A stretch of 64,000 nucleotides of DNA from Octopus bimaculoides. Its lineage: Eukaryota. Position numbers and translations under genes: made by a program. Below, in pieces: positions 12,654-24,766 of this stretch (positions within the stretch are counted from its first letter, which is position 1; every line of letters begins with the position of its first letter). A model generated the notes under the pieces. It saw only the letters and a program-made list of their open reading frames with translations. It was not told the origin of the DNA and searched no databases. Location of the stretch: positions 46,421,147 through 46,485,146 of the forward strand of contig NC_068986.1 in assembly GCF_001194135.2 (NCBI RefSeq). Direction: 5' to 3'.

Positions 12654-14139
12654 CGTCACCATCTTTTAACATCCATTTTCCATGCTAGCATGGGTTGTGT
12701 GTGGATGTGAGAGAGAGAGATAAAGGGGGAAAGAGAGCAAATATCTGTCTCCTTGTCTTGACATCATGTGATAATTATAAAATGATTGTCACTGTCATAT
12801 ATGCAGTGTCATGTGTTTCCAATGTTCTAAAAGAACTTGACAAGAACTTGAATAGAATGGTCATGGGGAAATATTACCTTGCTTGCAAATAGATGAAAAA
12901 AGGACAAATGGCCGTAGAAGATCTACCTCTCTAGACTCTGTAACCCATACAAACATGGAAAAGTAAATGTTAAAATGATGATGATGATGACGATAAAATA
13001 GCAGAGTGCAGTGGGGAAAAAATGCTTCATTGTACCTGTTATTGATCATAAGAAAGACATGCCAAAATCACTACTGGAGAAGTAGCAGGTACTCAGAAAA
13101 CATTTGATGTCTATATATGGTCAAACAGACCAACTTAGAAGTGATTCTTCATAAATTGCCTTTATTATTTTAATTGGTTTTGATTTGTAATGTATTCTTA
13201 TTAATCTTGATTCCTATTGTCTCTATTTGAATTGTAATTTCAGTGTGAAAGAAAAAAGACAGGATGGGAGAGTCATAGAGAGAATGCTTTTATTCTTAAC
13301 ATTGTTGAAAAAAAATATCTGAAATCATAAACAACGGTAATATGGTCACAGTTGAAAAATTCCTTAAAAATGATGGGATAGTCACTGGAATGCTTTCATT
13401 CTTACCAATAATCATGCTTGAAAAATTTGATAAAAATAGAACTATTCCAATTCCATAAAAATAGACAGGATGCAATCAGTTGGAATGTTGTTCTTGCAAA
13501 TGTTTAATATATTGATAAATAAACTTTGATTCTTCACTGGCATGACTATCGAATTTGCACATGTACAGAACAAACTGTCTTTATGATTGGATTTTGGCAA
13601 TCACATTATAATGAATTTTTCATAACAATGGAATTTTTATGCCCTGTCAATTTAATTACATATTAGCATAACCAAAAATTTAACAAACAAATATAGCATA
13701 AAGATCATTTAGTAAAGTCTGCACAAGGTACATCAAATACAAAGTTACACTTTTACTTCAATTATTCTGTGATGAACACACAAGAAGTTAAAGTCTGAGT
13801 TGCATTTTAGTTTAAAAAATAAAATGAAGCTCAAATTTTAGATTAATCATTTTCCTCTGATCCTTATTACATTTGCTTGAAGAAACTACATAACTGAATG
13901 CATACTTTGCAACTTACAATAGACCTTGCAATAGAAAGATTGAATTTAAACTGTAGCAGGCTCATGTTTGAATCCAATAAAGGCATATTGAACTAGTCAT
14001 CTATTATGACTAATGAAAACAAATGATCTCTTTTGATGGTAAATATTGATGGTGAAGACAGTGGAATCTAGCAATGTCATAATTTCTCTCACAATCATTA
14101 GATAAATCTGGAAATTACAGGTGCTACAAGGAGTTGTCA

Positions 14140-14370
14140 TCATCATCATCATTATAATCATCATTGTTTAACATCCTTCTTCCATGCTGGGATGCGTTGG
14201 ATGGTTTGACTGGAGCCGACCAGGTAGAAGACTACCCTAGACTACTGTATCTGTTTAAGTAGGGTTTTTACAGCTAGATGCCTGCCCTTCCTAACACCAA
14301 CCACTCTGCAGAGTGGACAAATGCTTTTTACATGGCACAAGTACTGGTAGGGTCACCAAGTAACTTGCAA
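14140..14370 (-). mobile_element. RTE-type 3' tail repeat
   Basis: (CAT)n then 'ttaacatccttcttccatgctggg...tagatgcctgcccttcctaacaccaaccactctg'. Confidence 0.7.
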
Positions 14371-15260
14371 GACAAGAAATTTTGAGAAGGGCAGGGGAAT
14401 TTGAGGAGGCAACTTGTGTCAGAGGATGAAAGGTTAGAGTGTGACAGAGACAGAGAGGAAGAAATAGGTGTCTTGCTATAATGGAGGGGGCACTGGAGGA
14501 GGTGATCCAGTGTCAAATGAGGAAAAATTAGAGCGTGGCAGAGAAGGAGAGAGGGAAAAACAGGTGTCTTTCTATGGAGGAGGTACATGGTTACCCAGAG
14601 AGAGAGAGAGAGAGAGAGAAAGAGAGTGAGAGGAAGAGAGAGAGAGAGAGTGAGAGAGATGTCCAAGAAAGGGGACAGATGTGCTGATGTAAAGGAGATA
14701 CTTGGTTACCTAGTTAGAGAGAAAAGCAAGAGCAGGAGAGACAAAATGATCAAGAATGAGGGCAGAAACAGATGTGCTGCTGTAGAGGTACATGGCTACC
14801 CAGCCAGAGGGAAGAGCAAGGGAAAGAGGGAGAGAGAGAGTGAAAGCAGGAAACAGCAAAAGTGCAAAAGATAACAGGAGAGAGATGGTGAAGTGCCAGG
14901 GTATACTCACATGTAACAAGTATCAGAGCATAGATGTGATGGTAGAGTAAGAAAAAGAGAGATATGGAGGTCATAATATATGCAGTCAAGTATTTCCAAA
15001 AAGGCACAAGCAGAGAATGGGGATTGCAGTGAAAACCTGGGTATAAAAATGGGGTGATGGAAAGTAGCAATACAGTAAGGGCAAGGAAGGTGATTGGAAG
15101 ACAATCATAGTTTATGAAGAGGAAATGTGAAGAAGAGAAAGATGTAGTTTAGAAGAGGAGATGTAGTTCGGTTTCTTGGGATAGGGCATGCGAAAAGTTA
15201 TATGCAGGTATATATGTACAAAATGTTAAACACTTTATCCATGTCTGTAAACATATATAT

Positions 15261-15473
15261 TCTTTTACCTGTTTCAGTCATTTGACAGTGGCCATGCTGG
15301 AGCACCACTTTTAGTATGGCAAATCAACCCCAGGACTTATTCTTTGTAAGCCTAGTACTTATTCTATCGGTCTCTTTTTGCCGAACTGCTAAGTTACGGG
15401 GACGTAAACACACCCCCATCAGTTGTCAAGCGATGGTGGGAGGACAAACACAGACATACAAATATATACACAC

Positions 15474-15534
<61 letters not shown>

Positions 15535-15700
15535 TACAACAGGCTTCTTTCAGTTTCCGTCTACCAAATCCACTCACAAGGTTTTGGTCGGCCCGAGGCC
15601 ATAGTAGAAGACACTTGCCCAAGATGCCACGCAGTGGGAATGAGCCTGGAACCATGTGGTCCGTTAGCAAGCTACTTACCACACAGCCACTCCTGCGCCT
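15261..15700 (-). mobile_element. SINE family A, full length, internal (TA)n
   Basis: Complete head (AGGCGCAGGAGTGGCTGTGTGG on minus strand) through tail; ~40-nt TA tract in the middle. Confidence 0.92.
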
Positions 15701-16730
15701 ATATATATATATATTAATGTAATTATATACAGACTGTCTTAAAACAGCTAAAAGACCAACTACCAAAAGAAACTTTCAGTCATTCTGTGGCAAAAAACCT
15801 ATATTATATAATTCCTTTCAACGTTTTCTGATTATTTTCATGGTAATCTCAATCCCTGGTGTGAAACTGATTGGTTAAGTGGCTGAGAAGTGAATATAAT
15901 ATGGCATTATTATTTTGATATTATTATTACTATTATTATTATTACTATGTGTGTGTTTGTGTGTGTTTAAATAAGTTTTAATCTAAGGTATATGTTCCTT
16001 CTCGAATGTTTATTACAATTTTCTTATAAATTGTATTTACTTATGCAAATTTATAAAATATTTTATTTCATTTTCTTTAGCCCAGAGATCACTCATGGAT
16101 ACAGTCAATGACATTTTTGCAATTTCATGGATGACCAAAACTGCTGCCATAGTAAAAGACTAGACCCTTTGATGAAACCTTGTGCTTTGACCAGCATTTT
16201 AAATTTTGTATTTGTATTTAAAATTAAGTGTATATAAAATATTCAATATTTGCTCTACTCATGTACTTTTTCATACCTTCTAGCTTTTAGAATTCAGAAT
16301 GCATAAAAAAACAGCAAATTCTGTTACACATTAAATAGGCTTGCCTTCTAGTGTAGCATATATAAATTAGCATAAATTAATTTGTAAGCCAGATCAATGA
16401 ATTTGGTGACTAACTGATAAAAGCATCAAATATCTCTTATACTGATAATATAACTCAGGTGGTTTAACAATCATGTTAAATCATCCAATGTTACACTGCT
16501 TTTCCCATTGTATCATCACTGAAACCTAGCAAACAACTTTTGGACAATCATACCTTTGATTCCCAACCCTTGCATTGTCACATATTTGCTTGATGTGATG
16601 CATTCTGCTTTCCACTGCCTTACTTCCATGTAAAAACATGTGGACTAAATAATTGTTAGTTTTAGCAAGCATCACAGTTTTTCATGCTTTTCTTATCTCC
16701 CACCTGTCATAACAATATATATGTATGACA

Positions 16731-16945
16731 AAGGTATCAAGCTGGCAGAATTGTTAGCATGCCAGAAGAATACTTAGCAGCATTTTGTCTGTCTTTGCAT
16801 TCTGAATTCAAATACTGCAGAGGTCGATTTTGTCTTCATCCTTTCAAGGTTGATATAATAAATACCAGTCAAACACTGGGGCTGATGTAATTGACTAGTC
16901 CCCTTCCACAAATTTTCAGTCCATATGCCTATAAGAGAAAGAGAG
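16731..16945 (+). mobile_element. SINE family B
   Basis: 'agctggcagaattgttagcatgccag...gtcttcatcctttcaaggttgatataataaatacc'. Confidence 0.8.
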
Positions 16946-16949
16946 CTTC

Positions 16950-17860
16950 CTCTACATGAACCCCCAAAAAAGGGACCAGCTATTCGAGTTGAATGCTGTA
17001 TGATAGGTAAGGCTATGAAGGACATGAAAACCAGGAAAGTCCCTGGCCTGTTTGGAGTTATTGCTGAGATGCTTAAAATATCTGGTGGACTAGGATATGG
17101 TCTTGTCACCTATATAGTTAATCAGTTATCTAGGAAGGTGTCATCTCCAGTGACTAGTATTGCAGGATTATAGTCAGCTGCTACAAGAATAAGGAAAATA
17201 GAAGTGATTACAGAGGCAACAGGTTATGAAAGCCTTGTTCCAATTAATTGGGAACAGAAATCAGATTAGATGAGATGCAGCTTGGCTATGAGCTGGGGAG
17301 AAGCACTACTGATGTTATCTGTATAGTAAAATAATTGCAGAAGTATTTGGTTACGGTGGGTTCTGTGGAAGCTAGTAGTAGACAAGTGGCATGTAAAAAC
17401 TGTACAGGCCATGTAAGAGGTTCTGTCAGAGAGGTAATCATGAGTAAAGTGATGAATTTAATGTATAGGTAGCCATTCAGCAGAGTTCAGTTCTTAGTTC
17501 CCTTCTAGTCATTGTTGTCCTTCAGGCCATGACAGAGGAATTCAAGACTGGCAACCCCTGGGAAATGCTGTAGGCTGATGATTTTGTTCTCACAACAGAT
17601 TCTGTAACAGAACTAGAAAAGAAATTCCAGACATGGAAGCAAAACCTGAAGTCAAAGGGCCTTAAGGTTAACTTAGCAAAGACCATGGTTCTAGTAAGCA
17701 AGAAAACAAACAGGACCTACCCTTTTCATGTAAATAGCCTTACTTAACATGTAAGAAAGATGTAGCCAGGAATTCTATACAGTGTACCTAATGTAAGCTG
17801 TGGACACACAAGAGGTGCATTGGAAGAATAGGAAGGTTAATAGAGAAAGTAGCCAGAGCC
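16950..17860 (+). pseudogene. Decayed RTE LINE reverse-transcriptase region
   Basis: KGPAIRVE..IGKAMKDMKTRKVPGLFGVIAEMLK, then frameshifted MQLGY..GRSTTD, QAMTEEFKTGNPWEML-ADDFVL and LKSKGLKVNLAKT; RTE RT motifs with many stops. Confidence 0.88.
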
Positions 17861-17879
17861 ACCCTGTCCTCAACACTAC

Positions 17880-18115
17880 TAAAGCCAAGGTATTTTGTCT
17901 TGCAAGTTGCTTGGTGACCCTGTCAGTGCTGGTGTCATGTAAAAATTACCCAATACAGTCAGTAAAGTAGTTGGCATTAGGAAGGACATCCAGCTGTAGA
18001 AACCATGGCAAAACAGACAATAGTGCCTGGTGTGGTTTCTGGCCTTTCCAGCTCCTGTCAAACTGTCCAACTCATGCCAACATGGAAAACAGATGCTAAA
18101 TGATAATGATGATGT
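17880..18115 (+). mobile_element. RTE-type 3' tail directly following the RT remnant
   Basis: 'tggcattaggaaggacatccagctgtagaaacc...gccaacatggaaaacagatgctaaatgataatgatgatg'. Confidence 0.75.
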
Positions 18116-18354
18116 TGTTGAACCTTTCTTAACAAAATGATATTTTTTTATAAACTTTGTAGATTATATAATAATGTATTATAATCAATTATGATATATT
18201 TATCCACTCCCATGTACAACTTTATTTAGATCAGAAATAAATTGACTGCTGACTGAGATCCACCGTTTCATTCTATTGATACAAGAAATTAAAAGAAAAC
18301 AGAAAAGAAAATGGAAGATAAAAGTATAGTAGCAAGAAGAATTGTTCAACTTAC

Positions 18355-18396
18355 TTTTTCTGGTTTGCACAGTATGTGGTTCAGAATATTTTTGAC
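18355..18396 (-). CDS. Candidate 42-nt symmetric micro-exon of an unidentified host gene
   Basis: Minus strand: long U-tract acceptor '...ttttctttttacag|' and donor 'aa|gtaagt'. Length 42 nt. Open in phase 1 (GQKYSEPHTVQTRK) and phase 0 (VKNILNHILCKPEK). No confirmed partner exon. Confidence 0.5.
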
Positions 18397-21300
18397 CTGT
18401 AAAAAGAAAAAAAAAAGATAAACTGGTTTAGAAATCGAAATATCTTCTTCAAGAATGATGGAAATAATTTTACTATTAAATGAGTTATTAGAACATACTG
18501 ATTTATATTTCCTCAGACATGCTCACATCAACATATATGATATATTTGAATTAGAAATACGAAATTGAAAATTTAAAGAAAATTATAAACACATAACATA
18601 AAAACAAATAAAGAACCTGCTAGCTCTCATGAGACTTTGTTTAACAACAAAAGATGCATTTTCAAGTAATATTTCATTCTGAAGCTTTGTCAACTTAGCA
18701 CAGCTTCTCCTTCTCACTGCTATTTACTACAGCAAGAAATTGAAAATGTGAGAAGCATGTGAATTGAACTGGCTCAAGTGGGAATCAAACTTGTATTTTC
18801 ACACTCAGTTTGCCAAAAGTACATTGCCACGGTCACATAAGCACTCTCCAGCTAAGTTTCTATGGGTATTTATTGTTTATGCTTAGTAGCATTAAATAAG
18901 TAGCTAGTTTTCATTTTGTTAGAATTTTCATATAAGTATTCTTTCCCCAAGTAAAATCATTTGTATGTAGGAAAAAGAAAGAAGAAAAGAAAAAAGAAAT
19001 GACTTTCTTTTATGTTTATTTCCTGGTTATCAACATATATTCTCATTTAATATATACAAATATATTCTCTGAATAATCCTAGTTCATTAATAAATAATTG
19101 TTGTAGTTTTCAAATATTTATCAATCATTTGTTTAGATTTAGTTTTTTCATACATGTTCTGGACTTTTTCAATGAGCTAGTAACCTTTGCCTTGTTTGTT
19201 TTCTCACAGTATAGTGGAACTTATTCTAGACTTTTTCTAGGCCAACTATTGTTAAATAGAAATGTTTCCTCTTTGTGAATTATTTATCTTATAGTTACTC
19301 CACACACAAAATATATTCTGTGATTTCATATACAGGGATGAACCAAGGCTATTCAACAAATTTATCTTGCTCAGCTTTGCCATGATTCATTTCATGTGAT
19401 TGATAATGTGTCATAAAAAAAAACTTGATCCCTGATATCTCTCTTAATTTCTGTCCTTTGTTTACTTGTGAAAGTCTTTATAAAGAAATCTATCAGATTA
19501 TATACAATAATTCTACTTGTTTTGTCTTCTTCTTACACCACCTCACAAACTTCACTCAGTCAAGCTCACCTTACTAATCTGTTAGAAAACTCATTCCTCA
19601 TTGGAGACAAATTGTGCATTTAACCATTAAAGTGTTTCTATGAATCTGAGTTAAGTCAATCTGGTCCCAATCTTCACTGAATAATAGACAACCAGTTTGG
19701 GAAGCAAACTTTTTGGGTTTAGGCACAATTATCACTGTGTGGATGAGAAATGTGCTTCATAATTATTTAGCTTGGATTTGATCTTACTGCATGAGATATT
19801 AGATAAAATTTCTTCTACTTTACTTAATTTGAAAGATGCTTAGTGAGAGAAATTTAGTAACAAACTATTTGGAAGCCTAATTTAATCCCACTACCACCTT
19901 GCCCCTAGTAGCCTTTAACTAACTACCTTCTGTTGAAACTCTTAAGGACAAGTTTCTGATCTGACAAAGGTTGGGAGCACAGCTCTTTCTCCTAGGACTA
20001 AGTCATAGAAGCTACAGAAGTACATCGGTTCTTCATTGACCTTAGATTCTTTAAACATAAGTTTTTTGATGATTCCTGGCATCATAATATTAGGATAATT
20101 ATATTTCTGACATTATATTTGAGCTAAGTCTAGTAAACCTGTTCTTTCTACTCATCTGATAATTCTTTGTGCTCATGCCAAGATAAAGGTGTCTGTCATA
20201 TTCTCTAATACTATATCTTCGTATCAGAATTCTTGCTTACTAAAAATAAATTGCAATAATTTTTCTGTTTGTAGAAGTGCATAGTTATTATGATATCAAA
20301 ACAGATGGAATTTTCAATCTATTGAACAGATAATATGTTGTCTCTAGTCACTTGAAAGAGTGTATAAGTATCTACTTAGAAGAGTAGGATGTAGGCTTTC
20401 TATTTAAACAACTGTTTTACAGAAACTAATCACAGTATAGAAAGAAATCTGCTTTCACCAACTAATATAGTTTTCATGAGTTAAAATTCACATCTACAAA
20501 ATTCCTATTCATTACTGATGAAGCACACCAGGACACAAATCCCACGTTAAAACATTAAAATAAGCATTCTCACAATAAATAATTTTCTTGGCATACAGAA
20601 ATAAATATCAACTAGATTTAGCATAAAAACATTTTGGCACAATAAAATGCTGATAAATTGGAGGATATATTCTAAGAGATTCAATATCTATTGAAAACTG
20701 AGTCATTTGTTTTTAATAGATTTTATTAGAATTCTTAAAGTCTAAAATCATTCATATTGAATTTGAGACATATATATGTATTCTATTTCTTTACCACCTT
20801 TACAGCTATGACTGTAAAAGATATACAAAAAGCTTTTTCATTTCATTCAATATTTTCTCCATTTCAAATTAAATTACATATTGATTTTATGTTCATATTC
20901 AAGCCTTGACATTGATTCAATATTTAAATGAAAGATGAAGCTTATATCTTAATATATTTCTTAAATGAATTAAGAAAGTTGTACAGTACAGGTTTTGCAA
21001 TATATATCACTTGCTTTTCATAATAAATTGTTTACATTGCCTATAGCTGATATTTTGGCTTTAAATGTCCTATTCAAAGATTGAAAAACAACCAAATTCT
21101 TATAGCAAGACTTATAATTTCTCTCTAATTTCTCAGAATTTCACTCTTATCACTAAATTTCATCATTGAAGCACCAAGCCTTCTTTGCGAAATAAAGTCT
21201 CTAAATAGGTTTCCATTTGAAAATTCTACCAGAAGCATACTACTTCCTTTTCCGGTTTAAATAAATTGATAATTTCATTTAAATCTCAAAATATACTGAA

Positions 21301-23274
21301 GTAATATAGTAGAAGTAATTTTGTTTTCCCACCACTCTCTCTGCACCTCTCTGCACCTCTCTGCTCCTTATCAGCCTGAACAAAAACATGTAGTTTAAAT
21401 GAATTTGTGATTGAAAATTTTTATAAAAATGTATGGAATATATATCTGCAGTACTGTTAATGCAAATTAAATGAATTAAAAAGGCCACACAACATATCTA
21501 ACTAGTAGTTATAGTATATATAATATGTTCCATACATTTTATTTCAACTACACACATTTGTTCAATTAAGGAAAGAGAATAAAAAAACAAAATTACTGTC
21601 ACAGTATAACATCAGGTTCATCCAAGATTCTGGCTGGGTTATTGATCCACACAGGAAAAAGTTGTTTATTACCAATAGAATTTACAAATGGAAAACTAGT
21701 TAGAAATTCTATCTCATGAATGTTTACCAGACTTTCATAAGACAATGGTGATACAGTAGATTTAGTGTAATAGTGACAATCAAAGAATAACTGACCAAAG
21801 AATATCTGAAATCATGTAATAGTTTGTTGTCGTTTTTGAGTTTTGTATACAGCATTCTATGCTGGAATATCAACTCTAGGTTATGTAAATAATTTGTTAT
21901 GGAAAGTGAGTGATATTAAAACTATAAGGTGTGAATTTCTTAATTCAGTTAACTTGTGTGAACTTACTCTACTATAATTCATACATTTTATTTGAACTAA
22001 ATTAATTTCTTAAAAGACTAAGTTTCAATTCAAAGGATATAAAGATTTTTAGTAGAAAACTATTTTGATATGTATATACATACTATACATACCTATTTTT
22101 CCTTATTGTAGTTAAAATTAAGAATTCCAAATGAAAGTTATATGGCAATAAAATGGCAGTTATATAGCAATAAAATAAATCTGACGTAAAACCTAACCCT
22201 GTATACAAATATTTACATTCTACGTGAGATTAATGTTGAAAAGATGAACAATGATTACATTGAAGTGTGTCATACACTTTCATGAAGTGTTGGTGAGAAA
22301 CAGAATATTCTGAGTTTATTCTGTATGAGTTTCTTAATTTTCTCTCCCCACCTACAATATTTTCAGCTTGGGTAGATATTGAAATCTTTCAACCATGTAA
22401 AGCAATAAGCAATAAATGAAACCTCTATTATGGAAATTTAGCTTGTCAAGCAACATGAAAAACATCATTTGTATATAATATCTAAATAAAAAAATTAAAA
22501 ACTGTAAATATATATCACTGATTACATTTACAAGAAAATGCAATCATTGTCACAAAATAAAAGCCAAATTTTGAAATATATACACTAGAAAAGGTTTTAA
22601 AGGAAACATTGTTTCAGGGTGATTGCTCATGGAATTATGCTGTTCACCAATACTTCTTGACATTCTGTTTCACTTCACAAGACAGACCAATGAAATGTCA
22701 TATTGCATAATTATCAAAAATGTCAGGAAGAACAAGGTCCTCTTTCATATTCTAGTTATGATAAAAAACTTATAAATATCAACAATTTATGCTTACACAA
22801 AATAAATTTAAGACTTTATAAAATATAATAAAAACATTTAAATAAAAGAAATTAATTTACTTGCTAAAGATATTTGAGAACTTTAAAATAAATTTTTAGT
22901 AAAATATCATAAACTGAAAATAGGATAGGATATGTTCCATATATTTTATTTCAACTACATTGCCTATAGCTGATATTTTGGCATTAAATGTCCTATTCAA
23001 AGATTGAAAAACAACCAAAATCTTATAGCAATGTTAAGGAAAATCATAAAAATATTCAGACTACTGGCCACTGATTAGTTGATGACAATTAAATTAGAGA
23101 CAGTTCATAGAAATTGAAAAATCTCTGGTTTCTTTCATTTTCGTAATAATATTAAATTCATCAATTAAGCAAAGTGAAGTGCAACAAGATTGCATTGCAG
23201 TCAAGCAAGTATGATGGGTAAATTATTGCCATTTTGCATTTTTAATTTTGTGCATGCACATTGTTTTTGACTAT

Positions 23275-23564
23275 GGGTCAGCACCTAGAAAGTTCTCCTC
23301 CAAGGCACAAGTCCAGGCAAGATTGCTTAAGGAACCCAGCAGTCACCCATGCATACCAGTTTCCCCTCTCCATACCACTGATGTTATCCGAGGGAAAGGC
23401 AACAGCTGATACAACTTGGCACGATTTCTACAGCTAGTGAACTGGAGCAATGTGAAATAAAATATCCTACTCAAGAACACAACACTCAGCCCAGTCTGGG
23501 AATTGAACTCACTACCTCATGATTGCGAGCCTGACACTCAAATCACTGAGTCATGCACCTTCAC
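23275..23564 (-). mobile_element. tRNA-headed SINE family D (V-domain-like)
   Basis: Minus: GTGAAGGTGCATGACTCAGTG...GAGTTCAATTCCC...GTGTTGTGTTCTTGAGTAGG..TTTCACATTGCTCCAG. Decayed partial copy near 39825-39950 (+). Confidence 0.7.
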
Positions 23565-24342
23565 AACTAGGTAATGAATAATTAATTAATTAATTAATTA
23601 AGAATAACTAAGTATTCTGCAAATCCAAATGACTAATTGTCATACAATTATTGTCCAAATAATAATAAATGAATAAGGATGGGAAAAAAAGTCATTTTCA
23701 ATTCATTCATTTTAAATATGCATACATATGCATGTTTGTATGTATGTATATAAATAATATATCTAAAATACTTTAAAGCTCAACGAAGTCATGAAATGCT
23801 GTGGTATAGTATTGATTTTAAAATACATTGAAAGTATAATTTAGTGGTTAATATGGTGATAAAAATAAAGAACAACTCAAATTAGTCATCAATAAAATAA
23901 TTGTTTTCCTTAACATAAAGCAAATTTTGTATGAATGTTTAATTACTGGAATCAATCTCCAGCACATACTAATGTTTCTTATATTATTGAGTCTGGAGAC
24001 ATGAAATGCAAAATCAGCCACCATACAAACAGAATTCAGAGCAATCCCCAGTTAGGTTTATAAAGCAATTTGGTCAGTCCTCTTTGCAATACATTGGTTA
24101 GTTTGGTTGATTGCATTGTATTAGTTGAGACTAATGCCATCATCACACATCAACATTTACCAACTGTCAACATTGCTAACTAAAAAAATTTAATGCTGCT
24201 GTCAAAAACATTTACTTAAGAAAAGAAGAAGAAACTTGAGTATATTACGTTGAAGTATATGTAAATATTAATCGAACAGATGACTTATTTCTACTGTACT
24301 AATATCCAACAGTTAGGAATGAGCAAGACAAGAAATTCATAT

Positions 24343-24766
24343 CTCTTTTACTCTTTTACTTGTTTCAGTCATTTGACTGTGGCCATGCTGGAGCACCACC
24401 GTTAGTCAAGCAAATCGACCCCAGGACTTATTCTTTGGATGCCTAGTACTTGTTCTATCGGTCTCTTTTGCCGGACTGCTAAGTTACGGGGACATAAACA
24501 CACTAGCATCGGTTGTCAGGCGATGTTGGGGGAACAAACACAGACACACAAACATATACACACACACACACACATATACATATACATACATATATATATA
24601 TATGATGGGCTTATTTCAGTTTCCATCTACCAAATCCACTCACAAGGCTTTGGTTGGCCTGAGGCTATAGTAGAAGACACTTGCCCAAGGTGCCACACAG
24701 TGGGACTGAACACGAAACCATGTGGTTGGTAAGCAAGCTACTTACCACACAGCCACTGCTGCGCCT
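24343..24766 (-). mobile_element. SINE family A, full length
   Basis: Same head, CORE-like block and tail; internal (CA)/(TA) tract. Confidence 0.92.

Noticed and set aside
12325-12710. Stacked ORFs rich in YI/TH/CV dipeptides (also 15316-15766, 43265-43900, 57975-58451, 63145-63643)
   Set aside because: Translations of dinucleotide microsatellites and SINE-A.
16081-16162. Plus-strand acceptor followed by QRSLMDTVNDIFAISWMTKTAAIVKD*
   Set aside because: All frames stop quickly, no recognisable protein and no supporting upstream exon; cannot be supported.
21033-21552. Back-spliced circRNA origin for the permuted copy at 22930
   Set aside because: Splicing at the minus-strand GT/AG would delete GTAG, but the copy retains it.
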